DNA of 64,000 nucleotides from a bacterium (lineage in GTDB: Bacteria; RBG-13-61-14; DATKZS01). The notes beneath the pieces are model-generated. The model was not told the DNA's origin and did no database searches. It saw only the letters and a list, made by a program, of their open reading frames with translations. This document shows positions 49,996 to 60,701 of the stretch, in pieces. The stretch is taken from contig JAWOBU010000017.1 of NCBI GenBank assembly GCA_046484135.1, positions 18,696 to 82,695 of the forward strand, in the 5' to 3' direction. Position numbers and translations under genes: made by a program. The first letter of the stretch is position 1. The number at the start of each line of letters is the position of its first letter.

Positions 49996-51771
49996 TCAGT
50001 CAGGCTGCCGGTTGACGTAAATCTGCTGGGCTATCCCCACCATATTCTGTACGGTCCAATAAATCAAGAGACCGGCGGGAAAATTGCGCAGGATGAAAGT
50101 AAAGACGATGGGCATGGCCAGAAACAGCTTGGCCTGGGTCGAGTCCATCTGGGTCGGCGTCATCTTCTGGGTAACAAGCTGGGTGGCGCCCATGGCGATC
50201 GGCCAGATGTAGAGCGGGTCGCGGCTGGAGAGGTCTATGATCCACCACATAAATGGAGCGTGCCGAAGCTCGATGGATATGAGCAGCGCCTTGTAGATGG
50301 CGAAGAAGACCGGGAACTGAAGAAGCATGGGAAGGCATCCCATGGCCGGGTTCACCTTGTGCCGCTTCCACAGGGCCTGGATTTCCTCCTGCTGCTTCAT
50401 CTTGTCGTCTTTGTACTCTTCCCGGAGCTTCTTGATCTCCGGCTGGAGCTTCTGCATCTGCTTCATGGACTTCTGGCTCGTGCGGGTCAAGGGAAACAGC
50501 GCCATCCGGATGATGATGGTCAGGATGATGATGGCGACCCCGTAATTGGGAATGACCTGGTGCAGGTAATAGAGCGCTGTTATAAGCGGCTTGACCAGGA
50601 CCCCCAGCATGCCGTAATCAATGGACTGGACCAGGCTGTCCTTTACCGGTCCCAGGATGCGCTCGTTCTTGGGGCCCATGAATACCCGGACGCCGGCGAG
50701 TGTTCCCTGTTGTATCTCCTCGCCGGTGGCCGGCACCCTTACCCAGCCGGTCAGGGTCCTGGTCTCGTCCTCCTCCTCTTTCTCGTTGCCGGTGTACTTG
50801 ACCTGGTAGGAGAAGTCGTTCTCGGACAGGACCGCGGAAAGGAAGTAATCAGAGGTAAACCCTGCCCACTCCAGGTTCTCGACCACTATTGATCCATCGT
50901 CCACCACGTCGTCCGGGTCTATCTTTTCCAACTTGGCGGCCATGGCGATAGGGCCGTTGAAGTTCCAGCGGGGCACGCCCGCCTTCAGGCCGGGGTCGTA
51001 AGTATAAAGCATGGATATGTCCGCCCGGGCCCGGTTGGGCTTCTCTCCCTCGATAGTATAAGTGAGGTCCACCGCATAGGAGGAGTTGGAAAACCGGTAG
51101 GTTTTATGTACGACCCTGCCGTCGTCCAGCTCGGTTTTAAAGGAGACCTCGCCTTCGGGGCGGTCGTCAGTAAGCTCGAGGTCGGACGACTCGATCTCCC
51201 AAACCTCCCAGGGGTCCACCTCGATCTTGTTGTCAATGGAGAGCTGGCTGTTCAGGGTGTAGTAATAGGGGGCCTTGCTTTGATCAATCAGGTCCACCGG
51301 CGAAGGATCGCACGGAGGATCGGTGTCCACCGGCGGCCAGGCAACGTTCACCTGGACGGGAAAGCACTTCTCGTTGTTATACTCGAGCAGGTACCAGTGC
51401 TTGGGAGCCGCTCCCACATTGGTGAACTCGACCTCGAAGACCTCGGTGGAAACCGAGACCGTCTGTTCCATCTGTTCTATCTTTGGTTGTTTTTTCGCTT
51501 GCGGCTTTTTGCCGGTGTCGCGTTGGTCGGGCAGCTCCGCAGGGCCTTCCGAAGGCACAGTGGGAGGGGGTTCGTCTTTTAAGCCGCCTGCGGTGTCTCC
51601 GGCGGGCGGGCTTACGGTAGAGCCCGGCCGGCCCTGTTTGCTTACGGTAGAGCCGGGGCGGCCCTGTTTGCCGGCGGGGGCGGGTTCGAACTGGTCGCCG
51701 TAAAACATCATCCATAGCATGACAATGCCTACGGTCAGGATCATGAATATGATTAAGTTCTTCTCTTCCAT
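49996..51771 (-). CDS. yidC: Membrane protein insertase YidC
   Basis: 591 aa; N-terminal TM, large periplasmic domain, conserved C-terminal 5-TM core (...RHAPFMWWIIDLSSRDP...). Confidence 0.9.
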   Translation of the reverse strand: MEEKNLIIFMILTVGIVMLWMMFYGDQFEPAPAGKQGRPGSTVSKQGRPGSTVSPPAGDTAGGLKDEPPPTVPSEGPAELPDQRDTGKKPQAKKQPKIEQMEQTVSVSTEVFEVEFTNVGAAPKHWYLLEYNNEKCFPVQVNVAWPPVDTDPPCDPSPVDLIDQSKAPYYYTLNSQLSIDNKIEVDPWEVWEIESSDLELTDDRPEGEVSFKTELDDGRVVHKTYRFSNSSYAVDLTYTIEGEKPNRARADISMLYTYDPGLKAGVPRWNFNGPIAMAAKLEKIDPDDVVDDGSIVVENLEWAGFTSDYFLSAVLSENDFSYQVKYTGNEKEEEDETRTLTGWVRVPATGEEIQQGTLAGVRVFMGPKNERILGPVKDSLVQSIDYGMLGVLVKPLITALYYLHQVIPNYGVAIIILTIIIRMALFPLTRTSQKSMKQMQKLQPEIKKLREEYKDDKMKQQEEIQALWKRHKVNPAMGCLPMLLQFPVFFAIYKALLISIELRHAPFMWWIIDLSSRDPLYIWPIAMGATQLVTQKMTPTQMDSTQAKLFLAMPIVFTFILRNFPAGLLIYWTVQNMVGIAQQIYVNRQPD

Positions 51772-51828
51772 TATCGTCCATCTTGTAAAAGTTCTATAAG
51801 ATGTAAGCCGCCCGTGCCCTGCAACCGA

Positions 51829-52038
51829 TCACGGCACGGGATCATAACCTCCCGGGTAAAACGGATGGCACTTCAAAATACGCTTGGTGGTAAGCCAGGT
51901 CCCCTTTATAAAGCCGTGCCGGGCGTAAGATTGAATAGCGTACTCGGAGCACGTGGGAGTGAACCGGCAGACGGGCGGTAATATGGGAGATATGAAGCGC
52001 TTGTAAAACTTCAACAGTGCTATGGCCACTCTGCTCAT
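51829..52038 (-). CDS. yidD: Membrane protein insertion efficiency factor YidD
   Basis: 69 aa; [11 protein letters not shown]...[11 protein letters not shown]idD signature. Confidence 0.85.
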   Translation of the reverse strand: MSRVAIALLKFYKRFISPILPPVCRFTPTCSEYAIQSYARHGFIKGTWLTTKRILKCHPFYPGGYDPVP

Positions 52039-52484
52039 TTTTCCATGTTTCCGCGGGTACGGCGGCCCTCCGGGTTACGGTCCGCTACACTTTCCCGGCG
52101 CATTCGCTCGGTTGCCTTGTTTACCAGGACACTGAACTGCCGGCGTGCTTCTTGGTGGTCAATGTCCGCCGCACCGCTGCGGGCCAGGAACACGAGGTCG
52201 AGGCCTTCACACCAGGGAGGATCGGCGTCCATTCCCGCGGCTTCCCTGATTCCGTACTGCTCTTGCCGGAAATACTCCCTCACCCAGCGCTTGAGCCGGT
52301 TCCTTGCATGAGCCTTGCCCACCTTCTTGCTTACCGTTATGCCCAGCCTTAACCTGCCGCTCCGGCTCGCTTTATAAAAAAGGGTGAAGTGAGGGGTGGA
52401 AACCCTCCGGCCGCCCTTCAGGATGCGGCGATACTCATCGCTCTTTTGCACCCGGCTGGTGCGTGGCAGACCGAAGCGGGCCAT
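52035..52484 (-). CDS. rnpA: RNase P protein component RnpA (the true start is probably internal to the track ORF)
   Basis: Basic protein; [24 protein letters not shown]npA motif; overlaps yidD by 4 nt. Confidence 0.85.
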   Translation of the reverse strand: MARFGLPRTSRVQKSDEYRRILKGGRRVSTPHFTLFYKASRSGRLRLGITVSKKVGKAHARNRLKRWVREYFRQEQYGIREAAGMDADPPWCEGLDLVFLARSGAADIDHQEARRQFSVLVNKATERMRRESVADRNPEGRRTRGNMEK

Positions 52485-52490
52485 GGTCCG

Positions 52491-52646
52491 TTACTTCCGG
52501 GCATTGGGAACCTGCACCGATACTCTTTCACGTCCCTTCCGGCGGCGCCTTTTTATCACCTTTCTTCCGCCTTTGGTGGCCATCCGGGCCCGGAAGCCGT
52601 GGGTGCGGAGCCTCCGCGTGTTATGAGGTTGATACGTACGTTTCAT
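52491..52646 (-). CDS. rpmH: 50S ribosomal protein L34 (below the ORF-track length cut-off, so not listed there)
   Basis: Minus-strand translation [51 protein letters not shown] (51 aa) matches L34. TTGAAC-17-TAAATA promoter-like sequence upstream at about 52680-52715. Confidence 0.8.
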   Translation of the reverse strand: MKRTYQPHNTRRLRTHGFRARMATKGGRKVIKRRRRKGRERVSVQVPNARK

Positions 52647-52853
52647 TTTGAACTCTCCGGGAAAAACCTTTAGAGGTATTAATATTTAGCACAACTTACC
52701 CCGTGGTTCAAGCGGTCAAGGCGTGGAGTTCCCCCAATTTTCAAAATTCCTGAAAGCTTTAGACCTCCCGTAACCCGTGGGTGATACTATGTAGCAAGCC
52801 TCCAGTCGGGTAAAATAGGGACAGAAACCATAAAAACGAAAGGAGGCTTGCAA

Positions 52854-53874
52854 ATGAGGTACGTAGGTTTGGACTACCACTTGAAGAGGTCGACGTTTTG
52901 TGTGTTGGACGACAACGGGAAGAAGCTTTTATTCCCGCGAAGTCCGGGGCACAGCATCTAAAGTAATCGAGGAGCTTTCCAAAGTCAAGGAGGAATCTTC
53001 GGAAGCCATGTCGATCTGTTTCGAGGCCAGTAGCGATTCCGGCCATCTTCACGATGCTTTAAAGGGGATAACGGAGCATGTCCAGGTGGCCCATCCCGCC
53101 AAGCTTCGTCTCATCTTCCAATGCAAGAAAAAGAACGACCAGGTTGACGCCCGCAAGCTGGCGACCCTGTTGTTCCTGGACCAGGTCCCCCCGGTTTACG
53201 TTCCCGCCTCGGAAGTGCGGAACTGGCGGCAGACAATCGAATATCGCGTCCGCCTCGTCAACAAACGTACGCGCGTCAAAAACGAGATACGTTCTTTTCT
53301 TCGCGTTCAGGGAGTAAAGGCCCCCAAAAAGCTCTGGTCCAAAGCCGGGCTTTCCTGGCTTTATTCTCTGGAGTTCGAGCAGGAAATGATTTCAACTCGT
53401 CTTTCCATGCTTTTGGATGAGCTTAAAAACCACGAGGAGAACCTTCGTAAAGTTGAGAAGGCCCTGGGCCGGGAAGCCAAACGGAATGCGGGCGTTCAGC
53501 TTTTGATGACGATTCCCGGTGTGGGCATCCGTACGGCAGAATGCCTTGTTGCTTATATAGACGACCCGGCTCGTTTCAGCTCCAGCAACGAGTTGGCGGC
53601 ATATTTTGGTCTTGTGCCCATTCTTGATTCCAGCGCGGGCCGCGATCGTCTCGGACACATCACCAAGCAGGGTCCTCCCACTGCTCGTCGGCTTCTTGTC
53701 GAGTCATCTTGGGTCGCTGTCCGCCGTTCTCCCACGATCCGTGCAAAATTTGAACGAATCCAGAAGGGAGACCCGGACCGGAACAAAATTGCGATTGTGG
53801 CAATAGCGCATTTTCTGGTTCGTGTTTCTTTGAGTCTTTTGAAGAAGGGTGAGGTGTGGGAAGAGTCGTTGTGA
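52854..53874 (+). pseudogene. IS110-family transposase, frameshifted (N-terminal 35 codons in frame 52854, remainder in the track ORF 52900..53874)
   Basis: MRYVGLDYHLKRSTFCVLDDNGKKLL (DEDD-type IS110 N-terminus) then stop. The other frame continues ...SREVRGTASKVIEEL... The frameshift is at a T-run near 52935-52945. RBS aggagg at 52841. Confidence 0.7.
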
Positions 53875-54540
53875 TGGCAGGAACGGTCCGCCCGTCTAGT
53901 CGGCGCATCTCCGACGAGCTCGATGGGGCCCATTCTCGTCGCGCCGCCTATCCGGGCGATCCTTAGTGGCGATTTCAAGCTTGGGGTGGTTTTTCGGAGC
54001 GGCCCTTGAGCAAGAGTCTCGATCGGGATACGGGATGAAAATAACCGGACCTCGTGGGTGGGCCTGGCGGTCGAACGCCGTTTGGGTGAATGAGGCTGGT
54101 CTCGAATCTTGAATAATGGCGCGTCTTAAGAGGCGACGTCGAATAGATGGCTGGGGACTTCCCGTAAAAAATCCTGTGCCCGACTTGACAAAGGCTTGCT
54201 CATAGATGCTCATAGATGGCCCACCCATCCTTCCAAGGATGGGTGGGTTTACAGGTTCAAAAAAGATTGATTACTGAATCATAGCGTAGTATTACACCCT
54301 ACTGGGACTAAGCTGTCACCCCGCCCGTTCGCAGACGAACGAGTGGGCCACCCCGAACTCAACCCCATATCTCGTTTTCACAATTTCGTTGTTACAAGAG
54401 AGTAGTCTTAAAATGAAAATTGGAATCCAACAAGAAAAAATGGGGGAACTCCTTAGTCAAAGAGTTGTCAGGCCCGAAGATTCGATAAGAGCAGTAGTAG
54501 GGGGTGATGTAAATATTTATGTGTGATGCCTTTGTAAAAA

Positions 54541-54590
54541 GCCCGGGACGGCTTTCTCGACCGCCCCGGGCAGGTTTTGTTTTGTTTTGG
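54541..54590. terminator. Bidirectional intrinsic terminator downstream of the thiolase gene
   Basis: gcccgggacggctttctcgaccgccccgggc hairpin flanked by T-runs on both strands. Confidence 0.5.
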
Positions 54591-54603
54591 ATTGGGGGTG
54601 TTT

Positions 54604-55794
54604 TTACTCTTCCAGCTCGATGATTCCTGCGGCCCCCATTCCGCCGCCGATGCACATGGACACGATGCCGCGCTTGTTTCCCCTTCTTCTCATCTGGTGG
54701 ATGCAGGTGGCGGTGAGCTTGGCGCCGGTGCATCCCAGGGGATGGCCGAGAGCGATTGCCCCCCCGCAGATGTTCACGTCGTCGAGCCTCTTGTCCAGGC
54801 CGTTCTCCTTGAGCGAGTACAGGCACTGGGAGGCAAACGCTTCGTTTATCTCGAAGTAGTCTATGTCCTTCATTTCGAACCCGCTTTTGTGGAGTACCTT
54901 GGGTATGGCGTAGCGCGGTCCCACTCCCATCTCGTCGGGCCGGACTCCCACCACCTGGTAGTTTATGAACCTGGCGATGGGCTTTATGCCAAGCTCCTCC
55001 GCTTTCTCGCGGCTCATGAGCAGGGTGGCGGCGCCTCCGTCGGTCATCTGGCTCGAGTTGCCCGCGGTAACGGTTCCGTTCTTCCAGAAGGCGGGCCGAA
55101 GCTTTCCGAGCCCCTCGACCGTGGTCCCTCTGCGCACGCCGTCGTCCGCGTCAAAGGTGAAGTACTCCTTGACCCGCTTTCCGTTCTCGTCCACCCGGTA
55201 CTTGACCGCCTCGGTAATGGGCACGATCTCTTCGTCAAAGTATCCCTTGTCCTGGGCCTCGGCCGCCTGCTGGTTGGACCGGACCGCGAACTCGTCCTGT
55301 TCCTGGCGGGAGATGTTGTAACGGTTGGCCACGTTCTCCGCGGTGCTTCCCATGGACATGTACACGTCCGGATACTCGTCGGTCCAGTCGGGATGGGGCC
55401 GGTTGATGAATCCTCCCATGGGCACGCGGGTCATGGACTCGACTCCGCCGGCTAGCACGATGTCGTTCCAGCCGACCATGATGTTCTGGGCGGCGAGCGC
55501 GATGGCCTGGAGCCCGGACGAGCAGAACCGGTTTACGGTCATGCCGGGGACTGCGTCCGGGAAGCCGCAAAGCTGGACCAGTACCCTTCCGATGTTGAGT
55601 CCCTGCTCGGCTTCGGGAAAGGAGCATCCCACCACGAAGTCGTCCACCATGTCCTTGGTTACCTGGGGGGCCTTGGCCATGCAGCCTTCGATGGCGGTCA
55701 ACCCGATCACGTCGGCGCGGGTGTTTACCAGGGACCCTCTCCTGGCGCGGGCGCCGGGGGTCCGGACAGATGCGACTATGACAGCTTCTCGCAT
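54604..55794 (-). CDS. Acetyl-CoA C-acetyltransferase (thiolase)
   Basis: 396 aa; N-terminal VIVASVRTP; active-site [10 protein letters not shown] and C-terminal [14 protein letters not shown]. Confidence 0.9.
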   Translation of the reverse strand: MREAVIVASVRTPGARARRGSLVNTRADVIGLTAIEGCMAKAPQVTKDMVDDFVVGCSFPEAEQGLNIGRVLVQLCGFPDAVPGMTVNRFCSSGLQAIALAAQNIMVGWNDIVLAGGVESMTRVPMGGFINRPHPDWTDEYPDVYMSMGSTAENVANRYNISRQEQDEFAVRSNQQAAEAQDKGYFDEEIVPITEAVKYRVDENGKRVKEYFTFDADDGVRRGTTVEGLGKLRPAFWKNGTVTAGNSSQMTDGGAATLLMSREKAEELGIKPIARFINYQVVGVRPDEMGVGPRYAIPKVLHKSGFEMKDIDYFEINEAFASQCLYSLKENGLDKRLDDVNICGGAIALGHPLGCTGAKLTATCIHQMRRRGNKRGIVSMCIGGGMGAAGIIELEE

Positions 55795-55854
55795 TTTATA
55801 TCCTCCTTATTGATTGACAAGGTTTGTTCCTTTTTGATGCCGCTTTTTTTCCCA

Positions 55855-58272
55855 CTAGTTGCGGAGCGGCTTGCCGGTCTTGAGCATGTGGTCGAGTCTT
55901 TCCTGGGTCTTCTCTTCCGCGCACAGCTCGACAAAGGCTTCGCGCTCCAGCTCCAGAATGTAGTCCTCCGGCACCCAATTGTTCTCGGCCACGTAGCCTC
56001 CGCCCAGCACGTGGGCCAGCTTCTTGATGATGAGCGCGTCGTGCTCGGACGCGTAGCTTCCCAGCACCATGTCCTGGACAAAGGCGTTTGCTACGCCCCG
56101 TAGCTGGTCTCCCATGACCTGGATTTTTTCTTTCCGGGGAGGGTAGTATCCCAGGTAGTCCATGGCCAGGACCTCCTTCTTGGCCTCGCCGATGAGATGG
56201 CGTTTGTTGAACACGATCCGGTCCCAGGGCCGGAGGAACCCGAGCTCGCGGGCGTGGGCCGCGGAGTCCGATACCTTTGCCGTTCCTATCATCTGGAGAA
56301 GCGCCGCGGTAAAGGGCTGGAGGTTGTTCATCTCGGCGTTTCTGGGCACATAGTTCTGGTACTGCTTGAGCAGGTTCATGCATCCTCCGCCTCCGGGGAT
56401 GAGCCCCACTCCCGGCTCGACCATGCCCATGAACAGGTCGTGATGGGCCACCATTTTGTCCGAGCCCATGCACACCTCGGCTCCTCCGCCCAGGGTCATG
56501 CCGTAGGGCGCGGTAACCACGGGTACGGGCGCGTACCTTATGTACTGGTTGGTCTCCTGGAAGAACTTCACCGCCTCGAGGATCATGTCCCACTGCTTCT
56601 CGCGGGCCCCCTGCAGGATCACGCCGATGTTGGCGCCCGCGGAAAAGGCGCCCGGGATGTCCGGCACCTGGTTGCCGATGACCACGCCCACGCCCTTGTC
56701 GTAAGCCAGGTCCACCGCTTTTCTCATCACCTGCCACATGTCGTTGTCCAACGAGTTCATGGGACTGTGGAACTCGACCAGGTACACCCCGTCGCCGATG
56801 TCTATAAGGCTTACGGTGTTGCGCTCCTCGATGATCTTCTTCTTGTCCTTTTTCACGTCCGCGATCACGATGGACTCGGGCTTCTCCTCCATGGGGACGT
56901 AGTCTTTCTTCTTGAAGTCGTAGTAATGACGGACTCCCTTTTTCATCTTGTAGAAGGAGTTGGCCTTGTTCTCCAGCATCTCGTAAATCTTCTTGGGCAC
57001 CTTGTAGCCCAGGTTCTCCATGTCCTTGACGCCGGCCTTTAGCCCGATGGCGTCCCAGGCCTCGAACGGCCCGAGCTCGAAGTTGAAGCCCCACTTCATG
57101 CCGTTGTCTATCTCGACGATGTTGTTCGCTATCTCGGGGATTCTTTCCGCGGAGTAGATGAGCTGCTCATAGGTGGCGCGCTTGGCGAACTCACCTGCTC
57201 TTCCTTCCAGGTTGATGGTCGCTTTGATACGCTCGCCCGGGTCTCCGATAAACTGGACCATGCCGAGCTGATCGAACTTCTCGCCGTCCTTTTCCTTGTA
57301 TTCTACGCTTTGGGGATCAACCACCTGGATATGTTTTTTGTCGAGCTTCTTGTAAAAGCCGCCTCCGGACTTGTTGCCCAGCATGCCCTTCTCGACCATC
57401 TTCTCGATGTAGTCGGGAAGGGTGAAGTAACGCTCGGCCTCCTTCTGCTTGACCCGGCCGGCGGTGTTGTGGGCGATGTGGACCAGGGTGTCCAGTCCCA
57501 CCATGTCCGCGGTCCGGAATATGGCAGACTTGGGCCTGGCCATGGGCTTGCCGAATATCTGGTCGGCCTCGTCTATGGTGATGCCGAGCTCGTCCATCAG
57601 ATTGATGGTCCCGATCATTCCGGCGACCCCGATGCGGTTGGCCACGAAGTTGGGGGTGTCCTTGCCGAACACGATGCCCTTGCCCAGGACCTTCTCGCAG
57701 TAGTCGGCCATAAAATTCACCACGTCCTTCTTGGTCTCCTTCATGGGGATGATCTCGAGAAGGTGCATGAACCGGACCGGGTTGAAGAAGTGGGTCCCCA
57801 GGAACACGTTCTTCATCTCCGGCTTTAACTTCTCGGAGATTTCCTTCAAGGGAAGGCCCGAGGTGTTGGTGCTGATGATGGCTTCTTTGTTCCAGTTCTT
57901 CTCCACCATCTTCATGACCTTCTGCTTGATCTTCAGGTTCTCGACCACCACCTCGATGATCCAGTCGCAGTCCTTCAAAAGGTGAGCGTGGTCGTCGAAG
58001 TTGCCGGTGGTTACCTTTTCCGCGTCCTCCTTGCACATGAAGGGGGACTGGTTCCCCTGCTTGATCGCCTTCTGCACCGCCGAACTCGCCAGCTTATTCC
58101 GAAACGCGGGCGAGTCCTCAGTCAGACCTTTCTTCTTGTCGTCCTCCGAAAGCTCGGGCGGGACTATGTCCAGGAGCACCACCTCCAGGCCGGCACTGGC
58201 CAGGTGCCCGGCAATCCCGATACCCATAACTCCGGCCCCCAATACCGCAGCTTTCTTGATCTCTCTTTTCAT
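55855..58272 (-). CDS. Bifunctional 3-hydroxyacyl-CoA dehydrogenase / enoyl-CoA hydratase (FadB/FadJ-like, dehydrogenase domain N-terminal)
   Basis: Rossmann AVLGAGVMGIGIA at the N-terminus; crotonase fold C-terminal. Start ATG at 58272 gives MKREIKK. Confidence 0.85.
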   Translation of the reverse strand: MKREIKKAAVLGAGVMGIGIAGHLASAGLEVVLLDIVPPELSEDDKKKGLTEDSPAFRNKLASSAVQKAIKQGNQSPFMCKEDAEKVTTGNFDDHAHLLKDCDWIIEVVVENLKIKQKVMKMVEKNWNKEAIISTNTSGLPLKEISEKLKPEMKNVFLGTHFFNPVRFMHLLEIIPMKETKKDVVNFMADYCEKVLGKGIVFGKDTPNFVANRIGVAGMIGTINLMDELGITIDEADQIFGKPMARPKSAIFRTADMVGLDTLVHIAHNTAGRVKQKEAERYFTLPDYIEKMVEKGMLGNKSGGGFYKKLDKKHIQVVDPQSVEYKEKDGEKFDQLGMVQFIGDPGERIKATINLEGRAGEFAKRATYEQLIYSAERIPEIANNIVEIDNGMKWGFNFELGPFEAWDAIGLKAGVKDMENLGYKVPKKIYEMLENKANSFYKMKKGVRHYYDFKKKDYVPMEEKPESIVIADVKKDKKKIIEERNTVSLIDIGDGVYLVEFHSPMNSLDNDMWQVMRKAVDLAYDKGVGVVIGNQVPDIPGAFSAGANIGVILQGAREKQWDMILEAVKFFQETNQYIRYAPVPVVTAPYGMTLGGGAEVCMGSDKMVAHHDLFMGMVEPGVGLIPGGGGCMNLLKQYQNYVPRNAEMNNLQPFTAALLQMIGTAKVSDSAAHARELGFLRPWDRIVFNKRHLIGEAKKEVLAMDYLGYYPPRKEKIQVMGDQLRGVANAFVQDMVLGSYASEHDALIIKKLAHVLGGGYVAENNWVPEDYILELEREAFVELCAEEKTQERLDHMLKTGKPLRN

Positions 58273-58397
58273 ATCTGCCAGACCTCCTTTACTGTTCAAG
58301 CCGAACCCGCCTCCGGCCGCGCCGGAACGCGAGTCTTCGGCCCTCCTTGTTACCTCGCAACGTACCGCTATATGTTGATGCCGTTCTTTACGGACGG

Positions 58398-58841
58398 CTA
58401 TTTTGCTGCCGCGTTCTCGATGATGCGCGAGAGCACCTGTTTGGTTTTCTCTATATCTTTATTCGAGAGGCCCCGGGTCAGGTCGGAGTAGCTCCGCGAA
58501 AGGACCCGGTCCAAGAGGGGACGGACTTCCCTCCCCCGCTCGGTAAGCCGGATGCGATGGGCCCGCCGGTCGTTCTCGTCCTGCTCCCGGACGATCAGCC
58601 CCGCTCGTACCATCCTTTCGATAAGGCCGGTCATGGTGGACTTCTCCAGCCGCACCGCCCGGGAAAGATCGCTTATGGTCCGGTCGTCCTCCCGGTGCAG
58701 CTCGAGGAGCACGCCGATGTAACCCATGGATACCTCGGGGAACTCCGAGTCCTCGAAGAGCCGGTCAACGTAATAGCGCATGGAGCGGGACGCCCGGGAA
58801 AGATAAAAACCGATGGTGTAAGCGGTGGTAGCCATCTGCAC
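58398..58841 (-). CDS. MarR-family transcriptional regulator, first gene of the fadB-thiolase operon
   Basis: 147 aa; winged-helix ...DLSRAVRLEKSTMTGLIERMVRAGLIVREQDENDRRAHRIRLTERG. Confidence 0.8.
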   Translation of the reverse strand: MQMATTAYTIGFYLSRASRSMRYYVDRLFEDSEFPEVSMGYIGVLLELHREDDRTISDLSRAVRLEKSTMTGLIERMVRAGLIVREQDENDRRAHRIRLTERGREVRPLLDRVLSRSYSDLTRGLSNKDIEKTKQVLSRIIENAAAK

Positions 58842-59597
58842 CTTTTAAGTCCGTTCCTGAAAACGTGTTGAACAAAGGGGGAGCATCAAAAAGAGACATC
58901 ACGCAGACTCCGGCGGCCGGCTCAGTGCTCCGTATCAGCTCCGGGAAACCCCGCTTCGCCTTCCCCCCGTGGAAATACTACGTGTCCATACTATCTCGGC
59001 GGCCGCGATTTGTCAATCTTAAAAATGGGCCTGGGGCCTGCGACATGAGAGGGGGTTTTTGATTTGGCTTTTTATTTTGACAGCGTCATTATAGTTATAT
59101 CACTACAATCGGAAGATGCTATGAAAAGGTGCGAGGAGATTGAGACGAGGCGGAGAGAGATTCTGGAGGAAATGGGAGGGACACGTTCCATGCGGCGGGG
59201 CGGAAAAAAGGCGGTCGTCCTTGCCCTGGCTCTTTGCCGGCGAAACAAACCCATTGCGCCCGGCGGGCTGTAAGCTTGGGGCTGCCGGCGGGGAGGTTGT
59301 CCCAGGACCTCTTCTCTGATATTGTAGCGGTGCCGGCTCGGAGGACAGGGAATCTTAAGGCGTGCGAGCCGAGCGCCGAGGCCGGGGGCGTTTGCAGATG
59401 CGAGAGGTCTGGCCAGGTCCGGCCTTCTCCTTTTTCCCGCTGGAAGCCCTGGAAGCCCTGCAAGCGATAAACGCATGTTTGATTATCCACACACACTGAA
59501 ATACGTAGGGCCATAGTTTTCAGGGCGCAACGTCCCCCCGGCCGGGTTTCATGTCCGGCGGGTGAGAGTTTTCAGATTCCGGAGGAAGTTAAAAGAC

Positions 59598-60131
59598 ATG
59601 GGGAAGCGACCGATAGGAGTGATAATCCTGGCGGCCCTGCATATTCTGGGGGGGCTGGCTATGACCTTGGGTCTGGTGGCGGCTTTGCGGGGGGATGCCG
59701 GCAGTGCCGGGAATGCTTTTCAAGGAGGTCCTCCGGGCTATGTGCTCGGTACGATCGCGTTGATGTCTGCGGTGAACCTGGCCGCGGGGGCCGGCCTTAT
59801 AATGGGGCGGAATTGGGGCTGGTGCTTGAGCTTGTTTTTCCTGGTGCTCCTTGCCCTGCGGAACGTGGAGGGATTGCTCCTGGTGCCGGTCTTTTCCCAG
59901 TTCCGGACGGCCGAAGAGATAAACGCGGCCTACAGCAGCTACGTGGTGGCCTTGCTGGTGCAGGGCCTTATAATGGTTTATTACTTTCGGTCCAACGTGC
60001 TGGAGTTCTTCGGCCTGGAGGATAGCTCCCGGCCGCGGCTGGCGGTCTGGGTGGTGTTGGCTGCAATGGCGTATCTTACCCTGAACCTGGTGCTGGACCT
60101 TAAACTGGTATCGTTGGCCGGGGCCGGCTGA
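59598..60131 (+). CDS. Membrane protein of unknown function (4 predicted TM)
   Basis: ATG at 59598 with ggagga RBS; hydrophobic helices IGVIILAALHILGGLAMTLGLVAAL etc. Confidence 0.45.
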   Translation: MGKRPIGVIILAALHILGGLAMTLGLVAALRGDAGSAGNAFQGGPPGYVLGTIALMSAVNLAAGAGLIMGRNWGWCLSLFFLVLLALRNVEGLLLVPVFSQFRTAEEINAAYSSYVVALLVQGLIMVYYFRSNVLEFFGLEDSSRPRLAVWVVLAAMAYLTLNLVLDLKLVSLAGAG

Positions 60132-60191
60132 GAGACTGCCGGTCGGTGCGCTCATAAAAAAAAGAGGCAGGCGGGCGCCGTGATTTTTTGT

Positions 60192-60220
60192 TTGACTTTG
60201 TCGGAAAGTCATGATAGATA
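60192..60220 (+). promoter_or_regulatory. Possible sigma70 promoter TTGACT-17-TAGATA for sat, implying a leader of about 480 nt
   Basis: ttgact 60192-60197, tagata 60215-60220. Confidence 0.3.
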
Positions 60221-60701
60221 TTAACCTTGATAGAGGAACCGGGGCGGGAGGGATTTCGATATCCGTCCTTTGCATAATGTTTCTTTGCTTAATGTTTGCG
60301 GCATGGGTGTAGAGGCGCTTTTGGTATGTCTTTTTGTTTAAGGGGGTAAGGCAGTAGGAGTTTCCTTCCTATCTCTTTGCTTATTTTATAAAAAACTAAT
60401 GTTGTTTTAACTGTATTCTAATGGTGTTTTTGCGACCATGGTAGTGTATAAAAGTGTACCCCTTACCCGGCAAGAGCTTCGAGAAAAGTCAGTTTCGAAC
60501 AGATTTGGTTGGAAGGTATTGGTCGAAGTGATACTATTTAGCCGGATGTATCCGTCTTTTGAGTCAAGGGTCATACAATCTTCCTCCATTTTATTTAAAA
60601 ACTGGATTTGACGCACGATGTGCGTCCTTTTTATCGGATAAATACTGGTTGATGGTTGATCGGTCGGAAGGCTTTTGGAAACTAAGAAAGGAGTATAGGA
60701 C

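Noticed and set aside
55796-57094. 432-aa and other long ORFs (56197..57042 +, 57317..58036 -) overlapping the fadB-like gene
   Set aside because: Arg/Gly/Pro-rich artefactual frames within a strongly supported coding gene
59064-59273. 69-aa ORF (or the 50-aa internal-ATG version starting 59121) in the marR upstream region
   Set aside because: Weak RBS, no motif. It sits in a region full of overlapping artefactual frames. Too uncertain to call a gene
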